Numbered from the stretch's first letter, positions 47,351-56,989 are shown. The stretch: 64,000 nt of DNA from Verrucomicrobiota bacterium (GCA_023269615.1 JAHFSY010000020.1:3873-67872), one strand, 5' to 3'. Program-made: numbers and translations. Notes: generated from the letters alone by a model not told the origin.

Positions 47351-48823
47351 ATGAGTGATTCATCCCCAGATTCCCAGGAAGCCGAGTTGTCCAACCTTCG
47401 TCACGAATTGCGCACGCCGCTCAACCAGATCATCGGGTACAGCGAGATGCTGCAGGAGGAGGCGGAGGAAAAGGGGCAGAAATCCTTCGTTCCCGACCTG
47501 CAGAAAATTCACGGCGCGGCCAGGCATCTTCTCACGCTGATCAACGAAAATCTTGGTTCAGTGGCATTTCGTGCTGGAAAAACAAGCCGTGCTGGTGCCG
47601 CTGATCCCAAGGCGCTTGTCGCCCCGGCCCACCCTGCCGGGAAAACACGTTTTGCGCAGCCCGATCACGGAAAATTGCTGGTGGTGGATGACATCGCGGA
47701 AAATCGCGACATGCTTTCGCGCCGTCTTGAAAAGCAGGGCTACACGGTGTCCGTCGCGGAGAACGGGCTCAAGGCGCTGGAGGCGGTGCGTGCCAGCGAA
47801 TTTGACCTCGTGCTGCTGGACATCATGATGCCGGAGATGGATGGCTACCAGACGCTTGAAAAGCTGAAGTCCGACCGCGAGCTGAAACACATTCCCGTGA
47901 TCATGATTTCCGCGCTGGATGAGATCGAGAGCGTGGTGCGATGCATCCAGATTGGCGCGGAGGATTATCTGCCGAAGCCATTTGACCCCGTGCTGTTGCG
48001 GGCGAGGATTGGCGCGTGCCTGGAGAAGAAGCGGGCGCGCGACCAGGAGCAGCTTTATTACCAGGCGTTGCTGGAGACGCAGAAGCAGTTGACGGCTGAG
48101 CTGGCGGAGGCGGCTACGTATGTGAAGTCAGTCCTTCCCGCGCCGCTCAAGGGGGAGATTGGCGCGGATTGGCGTTTTATTCCGTCCACGTCCCTGGGCG
48201 GCGACTCGTTTGGCTATCACTGGCTCGATTCGGAGCATTTTGCGATGTACCTGCTCGACGTATGTGGACACGGCGTGGGCGCGGCGCTGCTTTCGATTTC
48301 CGTGATGAACGTGCTTCGCTCGCAAAGCCTGCCCAAGACCGACTTTCGAAATCCGGGTGAGGTCCTTGGCGGGCTCAACGACGCGTTCCCGATGGAGAAG
48401 CAGAACAACATGTATTTCACCATCTGGTATGGCGTGTACAACAAGTCGAAGAGGGAGATCGTGTACGCAAGCGGCGGTCATCCGCCGGCGGTCTTGCTGA
48501 GTGGGCCGAGCGCGGACAAGGCGAAGGTCGTCCAGCTGCGGATTCCCGGCATGGCGGTGGGAAGCATGCCGAGCGTTTCCTATCGCAGCGGCACATGCAA
48601 ATTGGAGGCTTTCAGCAAGCTTTATGTGTTCAGCGACGGGGTGTATGAGGTTTCGAAGACGGGCGGGGGGATGGTGAAGTTCGACGAGTTCGTCCAGTGC
48701 CTGGCGCTGCCATCGAGCGGGGGAATGCCGGACCTGGACCGCGTGTTGCGCTACATCACGGGGCTGCACGGGGCGAGTTCGTTTGAGGACGATGTCTCGA
48801 TCATGAGACTGGTTTTTGATTGA
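47351..48823 (+). CDS. hybrid signalling protein: HisKA-like H-box segment, REC domain, PP2C/SpoIIE-type Ser/Thr phosphatase
   Basis: N-terminal LRHELRTPLNQIIGYSEML (H-box). REC segment LLVVDDIAENRDML ... VLLDIMMPEMDG. PP2C segment GDSFGYHWL ... DVCGHGVGAALLS ... FSDGVYE. Confidence 0.75.
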   Translation: MSDSSPDSQEAELSNLRHELRTPLNQIIGYSEMLQEEAEEKGQKSFVPDLQKIHGAARHLLTLINENLGSVAFRAGKTSRAGAADPKALVAPAHPAGKTRFAQPDHGKLLVVDDIAENRDMLSRRLEKQGYTVSVAENGLKALEAVRASEFDLVLLDIMMPEMDGYQTLEKLKSDRELKHIPVIMISALDEIESVVRCIQIGAEDYLPKPFDPVLLRARIGACLEKKRARDQEQLYYQALLETQKQLTAELAEAATYVKSVLPAPLKGEIGADWRFIPSTSLGGDSFGYHWLDSEHFAMYLLDVCGHGVGAALLSISVMNVLRSQSLPKTDFRNPGEVLGGLNDAFPMEKQNNMYFTIWYGVYNKSKREIVYASGGHPPAVLLSGPSADKAKVVQLRIPGMAVGSMPSVSYRSGTCKLEAFSKLYVFSDGVYEVSKTGGGMVKFDEFVQCLALPSSGGMPDLDRVLRYITGLHGASSFEDDVSIMRLVFD

Positions 48824-48855
48824 GGGAGAAACCTTGGTTTTTTTGACAGGAATTT

Positions 48856-49659
48856 ATGTGGGAATTGCTCCAGACACATTGGAGATCGGGGCTTGAGATA
48901 TTCATCCTCTCGATCTTCGTCTATTTCATCCTGCGCTTCATCCGCGGGACGCGTGGGGCGCGCGTGTTGATGGGGTTGGTGACCCTGCTCATCCTGCTGA
49001 CATTCATCAGCCAGGTATTTGACCTGCATACGATCAGCTGGCTGCTGGAGCATTTCTTCTCGTTCATCGTGGTGGCGCTGGTTGTGATTTTCCAGCCCGA
49101 GCTGCGGCGCGCACTGGCGGAGGTGGGGACGCAGCCTCTTTTTTTCACGAGCACCCACGAGCGGGAGGTGGTGGATGTGTTGGTGAAATCGGTGATGGCG
49201 TTGTCCGCGCGGAAAGTTGGGGCGCTGATCGCCGTGGAACGCGAGATCGGGCTGCGCGGCGTTGGCGAGCCGGGGGCTGTGCTCGATGCCCGTCTCTCGC
49301 AGGAACTTCTCGACCAGCTTTTCTTTCCGAATTCGCCGTTGCACGATGGCGGGGTGGTCATCCAGCACAACCGCGTGATCTCGGCCGCCTCGATTTTTCC
49401 CCTGACGCAGCGCGTGGATCTGCCCAAGAGCGTGGGCACGCGCCATCGCGCGGCCCTTGGCCTGTCGGAGGAGACGGACGCCGTGGTGGTCGTGGTCTCG
49501 GAGGAGACGGGAAATATTTCCGTGGCATGCAAGGGGGAGCTCCACCAACAACTGGATCGGGAGAAGCTTCGCGAGCTTCTCACCAGGCTGCTGGTGGGCA
49601 CGACCGATGCCACGTGGCTTGGGAAACTGCAAAGCTTGCTCTCGAGCGGCAACTCATAG
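48856..49659 (+). CDS. cdaA: diadenylate cyclase (c-di-AMP synthase), CdaA type
   Basis: Three N-terminal TM helices, DAC domain with LHDGGVVI (DGA) and GTRHRAALG (RHR) motifs. Confidence 0.85.
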   Translation: MWELLQTHWRSGLEIFILSIFVYFILRFIRGTRGARVLMGLVTLLILLTFISQVFDLHTISWLLEHFFSFIVVALVVIFQPELRRALAEVGTQPLFFTSTHEREVVDVLVKSVMALSARKVGALIAVEREIGLRGVGEPGAVLDARLSQELLDQLFFPNSPLHDGGVVIQHNRVISAASIFPLTQRVDLPKSVGTRHRAALGLSEETDAVVVVVSEETGNISVACKGELHQQLDREKLRELLTRLLVGTTDATWLGKLQSLLSSGNS

Positions 49660-49672
49660 ATAAAGGGCGGGA

Positions 49673-49822
49673 ATGAAGACGTGGTTCCTTAACAACCTTG
49701 GCCTCAAGATCATATCCCTCATGATCGCCACCGTGGTGTGGTGGCTGGTTCACGAGCATATTGAGGAACGGTTGTATTCATCCGGAGCGCCCATCACTTT
49801 TTCCACGAAGATTCCGCGATGA
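49673..49822 (+). CDS. 49-aa TM peptide resembling the N-terminus of CdaR/YbbR; possible truncated cdaR
   Basis: MKTWFLNNLGLKIISLMIATVVWWLV resembles YbbR N-termini. Ends in an ATGA overlap with glmM. Too short for the ORF track. Confidence 0.35.
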   Translation: MKTWFLNNLGLKIISLMIATVVWWLVHEHIEERLYSSGAPITFSTKIPR

Positions 49823-51207
49823 AAGGCAACTCCCGGCGGGACACAAAGCTTTTTGGGACGGATGGAGTGCGTGGCGTGGCGAACGTCGAGCCGGTGACGG
49901 CCGAGACCGCGCTCAAACTGGGCCGCGCGGCGGCGCATTGGTTCAAGACAACGGGCGATTCGCGCGAGAAGGGGAAGCATCGCATCATCATCGGCAAGGA
50001 CACGCGCCTTTCGGGTTACATGCTGGAAAACGCGATGGTGGCGGGAATCACCTCAATGGGTGTGGACGCGCTGGTGGTCGGGCCGCTTCCCACGCCGGGC
50101 GTGGCGTACATGACGCGCTCCCTGCGTTGCGACGCGGGAATCGTCCTCACCGCCTCGCACAATTCATACGAGGACAATGGCATCAAGTTTTTCCGTCACG
50201 ACGGCTACAAGCTGGACGACAAGGTGGAGAACGAGATCGAGGAACTGGTTTTCACGGGGAGAATTGACAGCATCCGTCCCACGGCGACGGAGATCGGCAA
50301 GGCGATGCGAATCGATGATGCGCTGGGTCGGTACATTGAATTTGTAAAATCGAGCATCCCGCGCGGGTTGAGCCTTGAGGGATTGCGCATCGTGGTGGAT
50401 GTCGGCAACGGGGCGACGTACAAATCCACGCCCTGCATTTTGCGCGAGCTTGGGGCGGAAATCATTGTGCTGCACAACAATCCCAATGGCACGAATATCA
50501 ACCACGAGTGCGGGAGCACCTATCCCGATGTGGTCGCGGCGGCTGTGAAACAACATGGCGTGAACATTGGTATTTCGCACGACGGCGACGGCGATCGAGT
50601 GATCCTTGCTGATGAAAATGGGAAGATCGTGGATGGCGATGCGGTGCTGGCGATCACGGCCCTGGCGGCGTTGCGGCGGGGGCAGCTGCGCCAGAACACC
50701 CTGGTGGCGACGGTGATGAGCAATCTTGCCCTGGATCATGTGATGGAGAAGGCGGGTGGAAAAGTCGTGCGCACGGCGGTGGGCGACCGCCATGTGATCG
50801 GGAAAATGGTGGAGCTCGACGCCAACATCGGTGGCGAGCAGTCCGGGCACTTGATTTTTCGAGACCACGGTACAACCGGCGATGGCATCGTTTCGGCGCT
50901 CCAGGTGCTGGTCATCATGATGGAAAGCGGAAAGAAGCTCAGCGAGCTCACGACTTGCATCACGCCCTATCCGCAGGTGTTGAAGAATTTGAAAGTGAAG
51001 GCCAAGCCGCCCCTCGAGGAAATTCCCTCGGTGATGGAACTGGTGCATGCAGCGGAATCGGACATGGGAAATAAAGGACGGGTTCTTCTGCGTTATTCCG
51101 GCACCGAGCCCAAGGTGCGCCTTCTGATTGAGGGGGAGGATTTGAATAAAATCCAAGCCCACTCCCAGCGCATCGTGGAAAAATTGCAGAAGGCGATCGG
51201 GGTGTGA
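49819..51207 (+). CDS. glmM: phosphoglucosamine mutase
   Basis: LFGTDGVRG and the active-site region GIVLTASHNSYEDNGIKFF. Confidence 0.9.
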   Translation: MKGNSRRDTKLFGTDGVRGVANVEPVTAETALKLGRAAAHWFKTTGDSREKGKHRIIIGKDTRLSGYMLENAMVAGITSMGVDALVVGPLPTPGVAYMTRSLRCDAGIVLTASHNSYEDNGIKFFRHDGYKLDDKVENEIEELVFTGRIDSIRPTATEIGKAMRIDDALGRYIEFVKSSIPRGLSLEGLRIVVDVGNGATYKSTPCILRELGAEIIVLHNNPNGTNINHECGSTYPDVVAAAVKQHGVNIGISHDGDGDRVILADENGKIVDGDAVLAITALAALRRGQLRQNTLVATVMSNLALDHVMEKAGGKVVRTAVGDRHVIGKMVELDANIGGEQSGHLIFRDHGTTGDGIVSALQVLVIMMESGKKLSELTTCITPYPQVLKNLKVKAKPPLEEIPSVMELVHAAESDMGNKGRVLLRYSGTEPKVRLLIEGEDLNKIQAHSQRIVEKLQKAIGV

Positions 51208-51253
51208 GGGGAACTGAAGGCTGTAGGCTGAAGACTGTTAGCATGATTTTAAT

Positions 51254-52162
51254 TTGAAATCTTCACCGATCATTTTCATCACGGGGGCGACCGGATTTTT
51301 GGGCGGGCATTTTTTGCGGGAGGTGGGGCGCCGTGGCTGGCGACTGAGGTGCCTGGTTCGCGGGCGCCCGGTGTCGAGGCTGCCAAACGTCGAGTGGGTG
51401 CGTGGAGATCTGCTGAAGCCGGCGCGTTGGAAGGCTCGCATGCGGGGTTGCGACTCGGTGGTTCACCTGGCCACGGTGCAACTTTCCGACTGCGAGAAAC
51501 ATCCGGTGCGCGCCTCCCGCGTGATCGTCGGAGGAACGGGATTGTTGCTCCGGCTTGCCCTCGAGGCCGGCGTAAAGCGTTTTGTGCTGGCATCCACATC
51601 GGAGGTGTACGGCAGCCCCACCCGCCTTCCCGTCACGGAACGGACTCCGATGCGCCCGCAATCGCTCTATGGATTTTTCAAGGCGTGCGCCGATTTGCAT
51701 GCGCTGACGCTGGCGAAGGAGGGAGGGCTTTCGCTGTGCGTTTTGCGTTTGTTCAACCTGTATGGCTGTGACACGGCCGGGATGCTTCCGCGGACCGTGC
51801 TGCGGCTCTTTGCCGGGCGCATCGTCGCTGGCGAGCCGGTCATCCTTCATGCCTCGCTGAAAAATTCCCGCGACTTTCTGCATGTGAAGGACGCGGCGCG
51901 GGCGCTCGCGCTGGCGGTATGCCATGAGAAGGCGCGGGGGGTGATCCCGGTTGGATCGGGACGCGAAACGACGTTGCACGGGGCGGCTCGGATGCTCGCG
52001 CGATCGGCGGGACATTCTTTGAAAGTGGATTTCCGCCTGAAGGAGGGGCGCATGCGCCGCATCGTGGCGGACACGCGCCTGGCCCGACTGCAGTTGGGAT
52101 TTGTTCCAAAAGTCTCCCTTGAACAAGGCTTGCGCGAAGTGCTAGAAAACGTGTCATCCTGA
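51254..52162 (+). CDS. NAD-dependent epimerase/dehydratase family protein
   Basis: IFITGATGFLGGHF Rossmann motif and YGFFK (Y-x3-K). Confidence 0.75.
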   Translation: MKSSPIIFITGATGFLGGHFLREVGRRGWRLRCLVRGRPVSRLPNVEWVRGDLLKPARWKARMRGCDSVVHLATVQLSDCEKHPVRASRVIVGGTGLLLRLALEAGVKRFVLASTSEVYGSPTRLPVTERTPMRPQSLYGFFKACADLHALTLAKEGGLSLCVLRLFNLYGCDTAGMLPRTVLRLFAGRIVAGEPVILHASLKNSRDFLHVKDAARALALAVCHEKARGVIPVGSGRETTLHGAARMLARSAGHSLKVDFRLKEGRMRRIVADTRLARLQLGFVPKVSLEQGLREVLENVSS

Positions 52163-52182
52163 AAATTCAGAAGGTATTTTCC

Positions 52183-52758
52183 ATGCCCGACATCTACATC
52201 CACCCCAGCGCGGAAGTATCTCCCAAGGCCGAGATCGGTGCGGGCACGAAGATCTGGAACCAGGTGCAGGTGCGCGAAGGCGCCCGGATCGGAAAGAACT
52301 GCATCATTAGCAAGGATGTGTACATTGACCAGGGCGTGGTGATCGGGGACGGCGTCAAGATCCAGAACGGTGTTTCCATTTACAAGGGCGTCACACTGGA
52401 GGATGACGTGTTTGTCGGGCCGCATTCCACGTTCACGAATGATTTTCGTCCGCGGGCCTTTACGAAGGAGTGGACGGTGATCCCGACGCTCCTGCGCCAC
52501 GGGTGCTCGGTGGGCGCAAACGCCACGGTGATGTGCGGCATCACGCTGGGCGAGTATTGCATGATTTCCGCGGGCGCGGTCATCACGGTGGACACACTTC
52601 CCTATGGCCTTTACATCGGGAACCCCGCCCGCCTCAAGGGCTTTGTCAGCACCAGTGGATTTGAAATGGAGTCGGTGGAGACGGAGGCGGACTATCTTAT
52701 TTTCAAGTGCAGCAAGACGCGCGAACGGCTGCGGATCAAATTCGAGGCGCTGGACTGA
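52183..52758 (+). CDS. hexapeptide-repeat (left-handed beta-helix) sugar N-acetyltransferase
   Basis: Successive [LIV]-G-x-x-x-x hexapeptides (IGAGTKI, IGKNCII, IGDGVKI, VGANATV). Confidence 0.75.
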   Translation: MPDIYIHPSAEVSPKAEIGAGTKIWNQVQVREGARIGKNCIISKDVYIDQGVVIGDGVKIQNGVSIYKGVTLEDDVFVGPHSTFTNDFRPRAFTKEWTVIPTLLRHGCSVGANATVMCGITLGEYCMISAGAVITVDTLPYGLYIGNPARLKGFVSTSGFEMESVETEADYLIFKCSKTRERLRIKFEALD

Positions 52759-52759
52759 T

Positions 52760-53482
52760 ATGGCCACCGTCAGCGTGGTCGTGCCCTGTTACAACGAGGC
52801 TGAAGGCATTGCGCAGCTCAAGGAACAATTGACGCCCGTGCTGGACCGGGTTGCGTTGCGCCATGAAGTCGAGTTGATCTTCGTGGATGATGGCAGCACG
52901 GACAGGACGCATGCCTTGTTGGAGGAGGCTTTTGGGGCGCGCCCCAAAACCAAAGTGGTGCGTCATGAGAGGAACATGAATCTTGGAGCGGCTGTGCGCA
53001 CCGGCGTGTCCGAGTCGAAGGGGGAATGGATTGCGAACCTGGACAGCGACTGCACGTACGATCCCTCGCTCCTGGAGCCGATGCTGGAGGAGATGGCGCG
53101 CGGCGCCGACCTGGTGACCGTTTCGCCCTATGCTCCGCAAGGGCGGGTGGATGGGGTGCCCGCGTACCGCATGTTTTTGAGCAAAACGTTGACCGCGATG
53201 TACCGGTTGATTTTGAGGAAGAAAATTTACACCTTCACGGCCCTGGCGCGGGTGTATCACCGGTCGGTTTTCGATCGGATCAAGTCGCCTGCGTTTGATT
53301 TCACCTGCCTTGCCGAGATGATGTTGAAGGCGCTGAAGCAGGACCTGCGTGTGGTGGAAGTCCCGGCCGTGCTTTCGGTGCGGCGCTTTGGCGAATCAAA
53401 AATGAAAACCGCGAAGGTGATCCAGGCGCATCTTCGGTTGATCCGGAGGCTGCTTTTTCAATCCTCTTCGTTTTTGCCATGA
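52760..53482 (+). CDS. GT2 polyprenol-phosphate glycosyltransferase-like
   Basis: VSVVVPCYNEAEGI ... VDDGSTD ... LDSDC. Confidence 0.8.
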   Translation: MATVSVVVPCYNEAEGIAQLKEQLTPVLDRVALRHEVELIFVDDGSTDRTHALLEEAFGARPKTKVVRHERNMNLGAAVRTGVSESKGEWIANLDSDCTYDPSLLEPMLEEMARGADLVTVSPYAPQGRVDGVPAYRMFLSKTLTAMYRLILRKKIYTFTALARVYHRSVFDRIKSPAFDFTCLAEMMLKALKQDLRVVEVPAVLSVRRFGESKMKTAKVIQAHLRLIRRLLFQSSSFLP

Positions 53483-53498
53483 ATGCTCAATCGTCATT

Positions 53499-53678
53499 TG
53501 TAGCCGAACTCGCCAGAGTTTGGCGGGAGAAGTGGGTGGAGCTGGGGGAGGCCAAATTCTTGCGAATTCGGCTACAGAGTCGGGCTGCTGCTGCGGTCGT
53601 TTGTAGCCGAACTCGCCAGAGTTTGGCGGGAGAAGTGGGTGGAGCTGGGGGAGGCCAAATTCTTGCGAATTCGGCTAC
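53499..53678. repeat. tandem duplication (period ~103 bp) of a ~78-bp palindromic MITE-like element
   Basis: The sequence tgtagccgaactcgccagagtttggcgggagaagtgggtggagctgggggaggccaaattcttgcgaattcggctac occurs twice. Within each copy the arms tgtagccgaactcgccagagtttggc and gccaaattcttgcgaattcggctaca are imperfect reverse complements of each other. Confidence 0.65.
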
Positions 53679-53702
53679 GGCTGATTTTGTGCGGGGTGAA
53701 CC

Positions 53703-54791
53703 ATGAAAACCATGCTGACCGTGCTTGGGACGCGTCCCGAGATCGTGAAGTTTTCACCGCTGCTGCCGTTGCTGGACCGCGGGTGCCGGCATGTGCTGGT
53801 TCATACGGGGCAGCATTATGACGAGAACATGGACCGGATATTTTTTCGTGAATTGAAACTGAAGACGCCGCGACATTTTTTGAACGTGGGCTCGGCGGGG
53901 CAGGGGGTTCAGACCGCCCGGATGCTGGAGAGGCTGGAGCCGATCATGTTGCGCGCGCGTCCGTGCGCGGTGCTGGTGCTGGGCGACACGAATTCCACGC
54001 TGGCGGGGGCGCTCGTGGCGGCGAAGCTGAATATTCCGGTGGCGCACGTGGAGGCGGGCTGCCGTTCCTTCAACCGCGCGATGCCCGAGGAAAAAAACCG
54101 CGTGATGGTGGATCACGTTTCCGATCTGCTTTTCGCCCCCGACAGGGAGGCCGTGCAACACCTCGCGGGCGAGGGGATTGTGGGTGCTAAAATTCATCTC
54201 GTGGGCAACACGGGATTGGATGCGACGCTGAGGGCCATGCGGCTTGCGCGGAAGGAACGGTTGAAGCGTTTCGGCGTGAAGCCAGGGACATACGTGCTGG
54301 CCACGCTGCATCGTGCGGAGAACACGGATGATCTGCCACGCTTTGCGCGTCTGGTGGAAGCGATCAACCAGATTTCCGAACGGGTTCCGGTGTTGTTTCC
54401 GATCCATCCGCGAACGGTGGCGGTGTTGAAGCGGCACCGGATCAAGCTCGGAGCCGGAGTCTCCCGATTGCCGCCGCTGGGTAATTTGGATTTCATCGCC
54501 CTGATGCGGAGCGCACTTTTCGTGATGAGCGACTCGGGGGGAATCCAGGAGGAGGCGGCGGTGGTGAACCGCCCGTGCCTGGTCTTGCGCGAGGACACCG
54601 AGTGGACGCGGCTGGTGGAGGCGGGGAAGAATTTTCTCGTGGGCACGCGGACGGCTGATATTGTGCGGGTGGCACGCCGCCTGTTGGATTCGGCGGAGTT
54701 GCGACGGAAGATTGCGGGGAAGAAGGCGCCGCTGTCATTTGGAGCATCTCAAAAAATCATGCGAATCCTTGGCCAAATCGCGAAAACATGA
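53703..54791 (+). CDS. wecB: UDP-N-acetylglucosamine 2-epimerase (non-hydrolysing)
   Basis: VLGTRPEIVK ... HTGQHYD ... VLGDT ... HVEAG ... SDSGGIQEE. Confidence 0.85.
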   Translation: MKTMLTVLGTRPEIVKFSPLLPLLDRGCRHVLVHTGQHYDENMDRIFFRELKLKTPRHFLNVGSAGQGVQTARMLERLEPIMLRARPCAVLVLGDTNSTLAGALVAAKLNIPVAHVEAGCRSFNRAMPEEKNRVMVDHVSDLLFAPDREAVQHLAGEGIVGAKIHLVGNTGLDATLRAMRLARKERLKRFGVKPGTYVLATLHRAENTDDLPRFARLVEAINQISERVPVLFPIHPRTVAVLKRHRIKLGAGVSRLPPLGNLDFIALMRSALFVMSDSGGIQEEAAVVNRPCLVLREDTEWTRLVEAGKNFLVGTRTADIVRVARRLLDSAELRRKIAGKKAPLSFGASQKIMRILGQIAKT

Positions 54792-54804
54792 CAATCTCCT
54801 GAAC

Positions 54805-56127
54805 ATGGACTGGTACGATCCCCCGAAACGACGATGGTTCAACCTGCGTGTGGTCGCATGGGCCATGTTTGACACCGGTGCGACGGTTTTTTCGATGCTG
54901 GTGATCAGCCGGTATTTCGGCCCCTGGGTGGTCAAGGAAATGGGGGGAAAGGTGGGCCAGTTCAACGACGCGATCTGGATTTCCCTATTGGTCGCAGCGA
55001 CGATCCAGATTTTGCTCAGCCCGATTTCGGACGAGCTCGGGCGTCGCCGTGTGTTCGTGGTGGGGTTCACCCTGCTTTGTGTGAGTGCCTGCAGCTTGAT
55101 GGGAGTGGGGGGAACGCTGACGCGAGGGTTGCTTTTGTTCGGTGTGGCGAATGTGGGTTACCAGACTGCAATGGTGTTTTACAACGCGATGCTGGGGGAT
55201 GTTGCGGACCAGCGTCACATGGCTCGGATTTCGGGAATTGGTGTTGGAATCGGCTATGTGGGTTCGATTGTGGGGTTGTTGATTTCCGCGCGATATGTGG
55301 ATACCGAAAGCCACCATTACTCGAGCGCATTTCCCCTTGCAGCGATCATGTTCCTGGGGTTTGCGCTTCCGCTCTTTTTGTTTGTGAAGGAGAAGCCGAG
55401 CCTGGTGCGATTGAACCTGGCGCAAAGCCTGACGAATAGCATCGGCTCATTTGTGACCACGCTACGGCGCGTGGCCCGTCACCGGGAAATGCTCTATTTT
55501 TTCATCGGGTGCCTGCTTGCCCTGGATGCGGTGAATGCGGTGACTGTGAACATGTCGTTGTACTGTGAGGATGTGGTGGGGCTCGACCCTGTTGAGGGAT
55601 TTACACCGATGTGGATGGGACATGCCTTGTTTGGGGTGAAGATCAGCCAGATTGATTTATTTTTGATCATTTCCACGGTCTTCGCGATCTTTGGTTCGTT
55701 CATCATCGGCCACATTTCAGACAAGACGAGTCATTATAAAACCCTCCTCGTCGTGCTGGTTTTATGGATGGCCGCGCTGGTGCTGGCGATGTTTGGCGTG
55801 GGCGTTCACAAGAAACTTTTCTGGTTCACCGGGCCGATGTTTGGATTGGGGTTTGGCGGTATCTGGACGGTGAGCCGCGCGTATTTACAGGAATTATGCC
55901 ATCCTGAGGAACGCAGCCAGATGTTCGCCATATTCGGCCTGGTTGGGCGATATTCCGCAATCATCGGCACGTTTGCCTGGTCCCAAACATTTCATTTATG
56001 CAATTATTTTCAGATTGATGAGCGAAAGGCTTCCAGAATTTCGATTGCCGTTGTCCTGGTGTTGTTGTGCATCGGCTTTTGGGTGCTGCTTAACGCCCGT
56101 CCAAAAGCAGAAAACCCGCGGCGCTGA
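54805..56127 (+). CDS. MFS transporter (UMF1/Atg22-like family)
   Basis: About 12 predicted TM helices. MFDTGATVFSMLVISRYFGPWV start region. Confidence 0.7.
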   Translation: MDWYDPPKRRWFNLRVVAWAMFDTGATVFSMLVISRYFGPWVVKEMGGKVGQFNDAIWISLLVAATIQILLSPISDELGRRRVFVVGFTLLCVSACSLMGVGGTLTRGLLLFGVANVGYQTAMVFYNAMLGDVADQRHMARISGIGVGIGYVGSIVGLLISARYVDTESHHYSSAFPLAAIMFLGFALPLFLFVKEKPSLVRLNLAQSLTNSIGSFVTTLRRVARHREMLYFFIGCLLALDAVNAVTVNMSLYCEDVVGLDPVEGFTPMWMGHALFGVKISQIDLFLIISTVFAIFGSFIIGHISDKTSHYKTLLVVLVLWMAALVLAMFGVGVHKKLFWFTGPMFGLGFGGIWTVSRAYLQELCHPEERSQMFAIFGLVGRYSAIIGTFAWSQTFHLCNYFQIDERKASRISIAVVLVLLCIGFWVLLNARPKAENPRR

Positions 56128-56168
56128 TCGGGCGCGCGGGTTTCTGGTTTGAAGTTTGTCGGGAAGCG

Positions 56169-56864
56169 TTACTTTTCCGTGGTGGTCTTGGTCTGCGTTT
56201 CGCCGTCGTGCTTTTCGCTGTAGATGTCCTTGCTCGTGGAGCTGAGGTCCTCGTGGAGATCCTTGCGCTCGTCCTTGGTAAGGGTGCCGTCGGACTTGTA
56301 CTCCTTCTCTTCTCCGCGGATGCTTTTTTCCTTCTCGGCGAGAGCCTTGGCTTCGTCCTTGGTCAGGGCGCCAGATTTGACGCCTTCCTTGATGCGGTCA
56401 TGCTGGTTTTCCTGGCGGCCGTTAACACCGGGGTCGCGGGTGCCGGGCTTGCCGGGTTGGGCGGGTGTCACGCCGGGCTGGGTTTCGGCATCATGCTTCT
56501 CCTTGTAGATGTCTTTGCTGGCCGTGTTCAGATCCTGATGGAGATCCTTGCGCTCGTCCTTGGTGAGGGTGCCGTCGGACTTGTATGCCTTTTCCTCATC
56601 GCGGATGGATTTTCTCTCGTCGCCAAGGCTCTTGGTCTCTTCCTTGGTGAGCTGTCCTGATTTGACACCCTGGGCGACGCGATCGTGCTGATTCTCCTGT
56701 CTGGCGTTCACGCCAGGGTCGCGGGTGCCTGCGCCAGTCTTGGCGCATTCATGGGCATGATCACGGACGGGGCGGGCATGTTTTTTTCCGCCTTCGGCGA
56801 AAGCACTGGTGGTGAGGCTGAGCGCCGTGGCGCACAGGAGGGAGAGCAAGGCTTTGGTATTCAT
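56169..56864 (-). CDS. secreted charged protein with two ~85-aa tandem repeats
   Basis: Signal peptide MNTKALLSLLCATALSLTTSAFA. The block DPGVN.RQENQHDR...GVKSG.LTK.E.K.L...KSIR.EEK.YKSDGTLTKDERKDLH.DL is duplicated. Confidence 0.55.
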   Translation of the reverse strand: MNTKALLSLLCATALSLTTSAFAEGGKKHARPVRDHAHECAKTGAGTRDPGVNARQENQHDRVAQGVKSGQLTKEETKSLGDERKSIRDEEKAYKSDGTLTKDERKDLHQDLNTASKDIYKEKHDAETQPGVTPAQPGKPGTRDPGVNGRQENQHDRIKEGVKSGALTKDEAKALAEKEKSIRGEEKEYKSDGTLTKDERKDLHEDLSSTSKDIYSEKHDGETQTKTTTEK

Positions 56865-56963
56865 GGAGATTCCGTTGTGTATGGGTTGGTTCTTAAGGAT
56901 TCCAAACAACGCGGCCGCGAAAAAGTTGCGCGGAAAATTTGTTGGTGAACCCTTCTTCCCGAG

Positions 56964-56989
56964 GATCGCCGCTGACAGCGGCTCCTACA
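56964..56989. repeat. REP-family-1 single unit (gatcgccgctgacagcggctcctaca)
   Basis: Same unit as the inverted pairs at 11860, 13053 and 32279. Confidence 0.55.
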
